Positions 59,490 to 64,000 of a stretch of 64,000 nucleotides of DNA are shown here, piece by piece. The stretch is from Lama guanicoe (taxonomy: Eukaryota): NCBI GenBank assembly GCA_013239625.1, contig MU054391.1:744001-808000 (forward strand), written 5' to 3'. The notes under the pieces are model-generated. The model was given only the letters and a program-made list of their open reading frames with translations. It was not told the DNA's origin and made no database searches. Position 1 is the first letter of the stretch, and each line of letters starts with the position of its first letter. Both the position numbers and the translations under genes were made by a program.

Positions 59490-61916
59490 CTGTCCCACCA
59501 CCTGTCCCATCACCTGTCCCATCACCTGTCACACCATCTGTCCCATCACCTGTCGCATCACCTGTCCCACCACCTGTCCACCTGTCCCACCACCTGTCCC
59601 TCCACCTGTCCCTCCACCTGTCCCGTCACCTGTCCCACCACCTGTCCCACCACCTGTCCCGTCAGCTGTCCCGACAGCTGTCCCGTCACCTGTCCCACCA
59701 TCTGTCCCACCACCTGTCCCGTCAGCTGTCCCGCCAGCTGTCCCATCACCTGTCCCACCACTTGTCCCGTCAGCTGTCCCGACAGCTGTCCTGTCACCTG
59801 TCCCACCATCTGTCCCACCACCTGTCCCGTCAGCTGTCCCGTCACAGCTGTCCCGCTGTCCCGACAGCTGTCCTGTCACCTGTCCCACCATCTGTCCCAC
59901 CACCTGTCCCGTCAGCTGTCCCATCACCTGTCCCACCACCTGTCCCACCATCTATCTACCTGTCCCACCACCTGTCGCATCACCTGTCCCACCACCTGTC
60001 CACCTGTCCCTCCACCTGTCCCTCCACCTGTCCTGTCACCTGTCCCATCACCTGTCCCACCACCTGTCCCACCACTTGTCCCGTCAGCTGTCCCGACAGC
60101 TGTCCCGTCACCTGTCCCACCACCTGTCCCACCACCTGTCCCACCACCTGTCCCGTCAGCTGTCCCATCACCTGTCCCACCACCTGTCCCACCATCTGTC
60201 CACCCGTCCCACCACCTGTCGCATCACCTGTCCCACCACCTGTCCCACCACCTGTCCCGTCAGCTGTCCCGTCAGCTGTCCCGTCACCTGTCCCACCACC
60301 TGTCCCACCACCTGTCCCATCACCTGTCCCACCACCTGTCCATCTGTCCCACTACCTGTCCCACCACCTGTCCCTCCACCTGTCCCGTCACCTGTCCCTC
60401 CACCTGTCCCTCCACCTGTCCCACCACCTGTCCCATCACCTGTCCCTCCACCTGTCCCTCCACCTGTCCCACCACTTGTCCCGTCAGCTGTCCCAACAGC
60501 TGTCCCGTCACCTGTCCCACCATCTGTCCCATCACCTGTCGCATCACCTGTCCCACCACCTGTCCATCTGTCCCACTACCTGTCCCACCACCTGTCCCTC
60601 CACCTGTCCCGTCACCTGTCCCGTCACCTGTCCCACCACTTGTCCCACCACTTGTCCCGTCAGCTGTCCCGACAGCTGCCCCGTCACCTGTCCCACCATC
60701 TGCCCCACCACCTGTCCCGTCAGCTGTCCCATCACCTGTCCCATCACCTGTCCCACCACCTGTCCCACCATCTATCCACCTGTCCCACCACCTGTCGCAT
60801 CACCTGTCCCACCACCTGTCCCACCACCTGTCCCGTCAGCTGTCCCGTCAGCTGTCCCGTCACCTGTCCCGTCACCTGTCCCACCACCTGTCCCACCATC
60901 TGTCCACCTGTCCCACCACCTGTCGCATCACCTGTCCCACCACCTGTCCATCTGTCCCACTACCTGTCCCACCACCTGTCCCTCCACCTGTCCCGTCACC
61001 TGTCCCTCCACCTGTCCCTCCACCTGTCCCACCACCTGTCCCATCACCTGTCCCTCCACCTGTCCCTCCACCTGTCCCACCACTTGTCCCGTCAGCTGTC
61101 CCAACAGCTGTCCCGTCACCTGTCCCACCATCTGTCCCATCACCTGTCGCATCACCTGTCCCACCACCTGTCCATCTGTCCCACTACCTGTCCCACCACC
61201 TGTCCCTCCCCCTGCCCCGTCACCTGTCCCGTCACCTGTCCCACCACTTGTCCCACCACTTGTCCCGTCAGCTGTCCCGCCAGCTGTCCCGTCACCTGTC
61301 CCACCATCTGCCCCACCACCTGTCCCGTCAGCTGTCCCGACAGCTGCCCCGTCACCTGTCCCACCATCTGCCCCACCACCTGTCCCGTCAGCTGTCCCGA
61401 CAGCTGCCCCGTCACCTGTCCCACCATCTGCCCCACCACCTGTCCCGTCAGCTGTCCCGACAGCTGCCCCGTCACCTGTCCCACCATCTGCCCCACCACC
61501 TGTCCCGTCAGCTGTCCCGACAGCTGCCCCGTCACCTGTCCCACCATCTGCCCCACCACCTGTCCCGTCAGCTGTCCCATCACCTGTCCCATCACCTGTC
61601 CCACCACCTGTCCCACCATCTATCCACCTGTCCCACCACCTGTCGCATCACCTGTCCCACCACCTGTCCATCTGTCCCACTACCTGTCCCACCACCTGTC
61701 CCTCCACCTGTCCCGTCACCTGTCCCGTCACCTGTCCCACCACTTGTCCCACCACTTGTCCCGTCAGCTGTCCCGACAGCTGCCCCGTCACCTGTCCCAC
61801 CATCTGCCCCACCACCTGTCCCGTCAGCTGTCCCATCACCTGTCCCATCACCTGTCCCACCACCTGTCCCACCATCTATCCACCTGTCCCACCACCTGTC
61901 GCATCACCTGTCCCAT
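59490..61916. repeat. 2.4-kb minisatellite, 12-bp unit (consensus CACCTGTCCCAC; variants CAGCTG/CATCTG/CACTTG and GT/AT/GA/TC ends), with higher-order blocks
   Basis: Directly visible; about 200 units by length/12. Four identical 60-bp lines at 61321-61560. Identical repeat-derived ORFs at 60320/60928 and 60544/61648 show larger duplicated blocks. Confidence 0.97.
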
Positions 61917-62409
61917 TCTGCTCTTTGCCGTGGTATTCATTCTCCTCCTACTGCTCCCGTTTCCTTGGGCACCCCTAGCTCAAATCCTCTCCTGTTAAGC
62001 CTGAGTCACTGCCACCTCCCCGTCGATGCCTATCCCCTCGTCACCCCACTGTGTGTACAGCATGCAGGACGCTTGAGGAACCAGAAAGGTTCCCTGTGAC
62101 TTCCTCGAGTCTCAGAAGTGTCTGCCTTTCTTTTCTTTACTTCTTCTACGTTATTGGTTGGGAAAAGAAATCAAAAGACAGTGCCACCAGCTCAGCAGTG
62201 GCAACAAAGCAGCAGAGCCTCTTCCTCCAGCCGCCTGCCTCCGCCCGAGGAGGCCACGCTCTCTTCACTCCTGAAACGTGAGGCGCAGAGCCGCTGCCCC
62301 CCAGGTGTTTACTGTTTACAAAAGCCAGCTCCCATACACACAAACTCTCCTGTAAATCGCTATTTTTCACTTATTAAAAATCACAGCTCTCTCTCCAGGT
62401 CAATGCCTG

Positions 62410-63150
62410 TGGAGTAAACTCATTTTTTGCATAGCTGCATAATATACCCCAGAATGTGTATGTGATCGTTTATCCAACCATCCCCAGAAGCTCCCCTACG
62501 AATGGATAGTTACGCTCTTCTATTTCATTTTCTTCCAGCGAAGAAGAGGTGCGACCCAGATCACGCACATCTTTGTGCGTATTTCCCGATATGGCTTTCT
62601 TAAAAGGTTGCTGTTAGAAAATGTAAGGGTGCATGCCCTTGTTGGTAACGTATGTCTGTGCCCATCGCCACGGCTCCCTGGTCTTTTGTTTCCGCCGAGT
62701 GAAGTCACTGTCACACTCTCCAGCCCGCACGTGTCTCCATCCCCGACCACGGATGAGGGTCAGTGTCTCCTGGCTGCTGGCCTCCCTTCTGCTGGGAAGT
62801 TCTCCGTCTTATCCTCTGTCTGTTCTCCCATCCACGTGTAGTAGGTCTCTGCATGTCTGAGGTGTTGACCCCTCTACACAGCTTATCTGTTGTGAGTATT
62901 GTCTCATTTCCCCCTTTGCTGGTGGTGTTTTTCCCAAGCAGAGGTGCTAAATGTAGGTGATCCCACAGCCATGCAGACAGAGGCCAGCGCCTGCAGCCCG
63001 GGTGTCTTCCTCACCACCTGTACTGCCCAGCGGCTCTCAGCTGCCCGCCAGGTGCCCACCCTGTTCCCCGTGCCCCGCCAGGCTGAGTGCCCCGCGCCCT
63101 CGGCGGGCCTGGCGCCTCCTGTCTGGCTGTCGGGCTCACATCTGTGGTCC
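62410..63150 (-). mobile_element. Old L1M fragment (ORF2 3' region/3' UTR)
   Basis: ctcattttttgcatagctgcataatatacccc...tttatccaaccatcccc...atggatagtta is typical of reversed L1M 3' ends. Confidence 0.55.
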
Positions 63151-64000
63151 GTTCTGTATCCTCGGCTGTGTGTGTGTGACCGGCCTGGAGGGGTGCTCCT
63201 AGAGGATCCACACCTGCCTCAGCCAGGCAGCCCCTGAGGGGAAGGGAAATGAGAGGGAAGGCGTGTCTCCTTCCGGCAGGGATGACCCAGCGACGTGACG
63301 GGGACCCGCTCTGCCGAGCAGCCAGCTGCGCTCTACTCTCAAGCAGAGCAGAAAGCCCACCGCCGAGGCCCCTGGCCTGTGTTAGCACTTTCCAAGTTCT
63401 TCCACCTAATTTAAATTCTGACAAGGCAGCACAGAAGTAAAACTCAAAGATTCAAGTATGTTTTGACATAAAATACTAATAGAAATGTCCATTTATACAA
63501 GGATTTGAAATTATCCTAGTGATTTTCTAGTTCATAATTTTTTAATCCAGTTTAAAAAAAATTTTTTTTAAAGGGAGGAACATTCTGAAAGAGTAAAGAG
63601 AAGAAAAACTAGAGAAGCTTCTGTCTAGGAGTGAGAGAAGGTGCGATCTGTGAGCTGTGTTTGTGCTCAGCGGAGGTGACGTACAGGATCCCGCGGAAAA
63701 CGTTCAGAAATTAAACCGTCCCAGGAGCTGTTAAATGGGAACAGACGTGAGCTCAGAGAGAACGGCTGGCTCGGAATTTCGTTTCTCCCACTTCCTGCAC
63801 CTTTAGCCTCAGTTACATCACCGGCACAAACTGCAGTGAGACGAATGTTTCCCAAGAGCTTAGTGGGGTCGGAGGGGGCGACTTTGTAAACTGTGCAGTG
63901 CTGCGCACGTGCAAGGGGGGGCGCTGTGCCCTGACTCATCCAGTGACCTCAGCCCCGGGACGGGCCTCACGAGGCCGCACTGATGCTCTGTCCTATGGCG

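Noticed and set aside
59490-61916. CRISPR-like array
   Set aside because: Contiguous tandem units without unique spacers, no cas genes, and the DNA is mammalian.
59298-62099. 933-, 738- and 640-aa ORFs (Pro/His/Cys-Thr repeats) resembling extensin- or keratin-associated-like proteins
   Set aside because: All three + frames stay open because the C-rich 12-bp unit has no stop codon. The peptides swap between frames at 8-bp units, there is no splice or promoter support, and they lie antisense in an intron.

Overview
GC-rich mammalian genomic DNA, not prokaryotic. Two tRNA-derived vic-1-type SINEs suggest a camelid. The window lies inside the neuronal CCHHC zinc-finger gene MYT1L on the minus strand. 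Eight coding exons splice in frame with GT-AG boundaries: 56789-56735, 56571-56538, 56307-56245, 27878-27523, 14516-13542, 9222-9088, 4949-4859 and 3328-3221. Together they give 1817 nt, about 605 codons, covering ZF1, the acidic tract, the long linker, ZF2 and ZF3. No 5' non-coding exons or later coding exons were found, so they are presumably outside the window. The introns hold SINE, L1, L2, MIR and MER3/33 remnants, three minisatellites, microsatellites and two assembly gaps. Most ORFs in the track are spurious. The most notable observations are: (1) a 2.4-kb 12-bp minisatellite 2.7 kb upstream of the ATG in which nearly every unit is an E-box; (2) three in-frame tandem splice donors after the large exon; (3) strong GC-driven amino-acid drift in the large exon; (4) a ~56-bp locally templated insertion inside an L1 3' UTR. 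I cannot demonstrate a wholly new biological system from sequence alone, and the regulatory readings are hypotheses.
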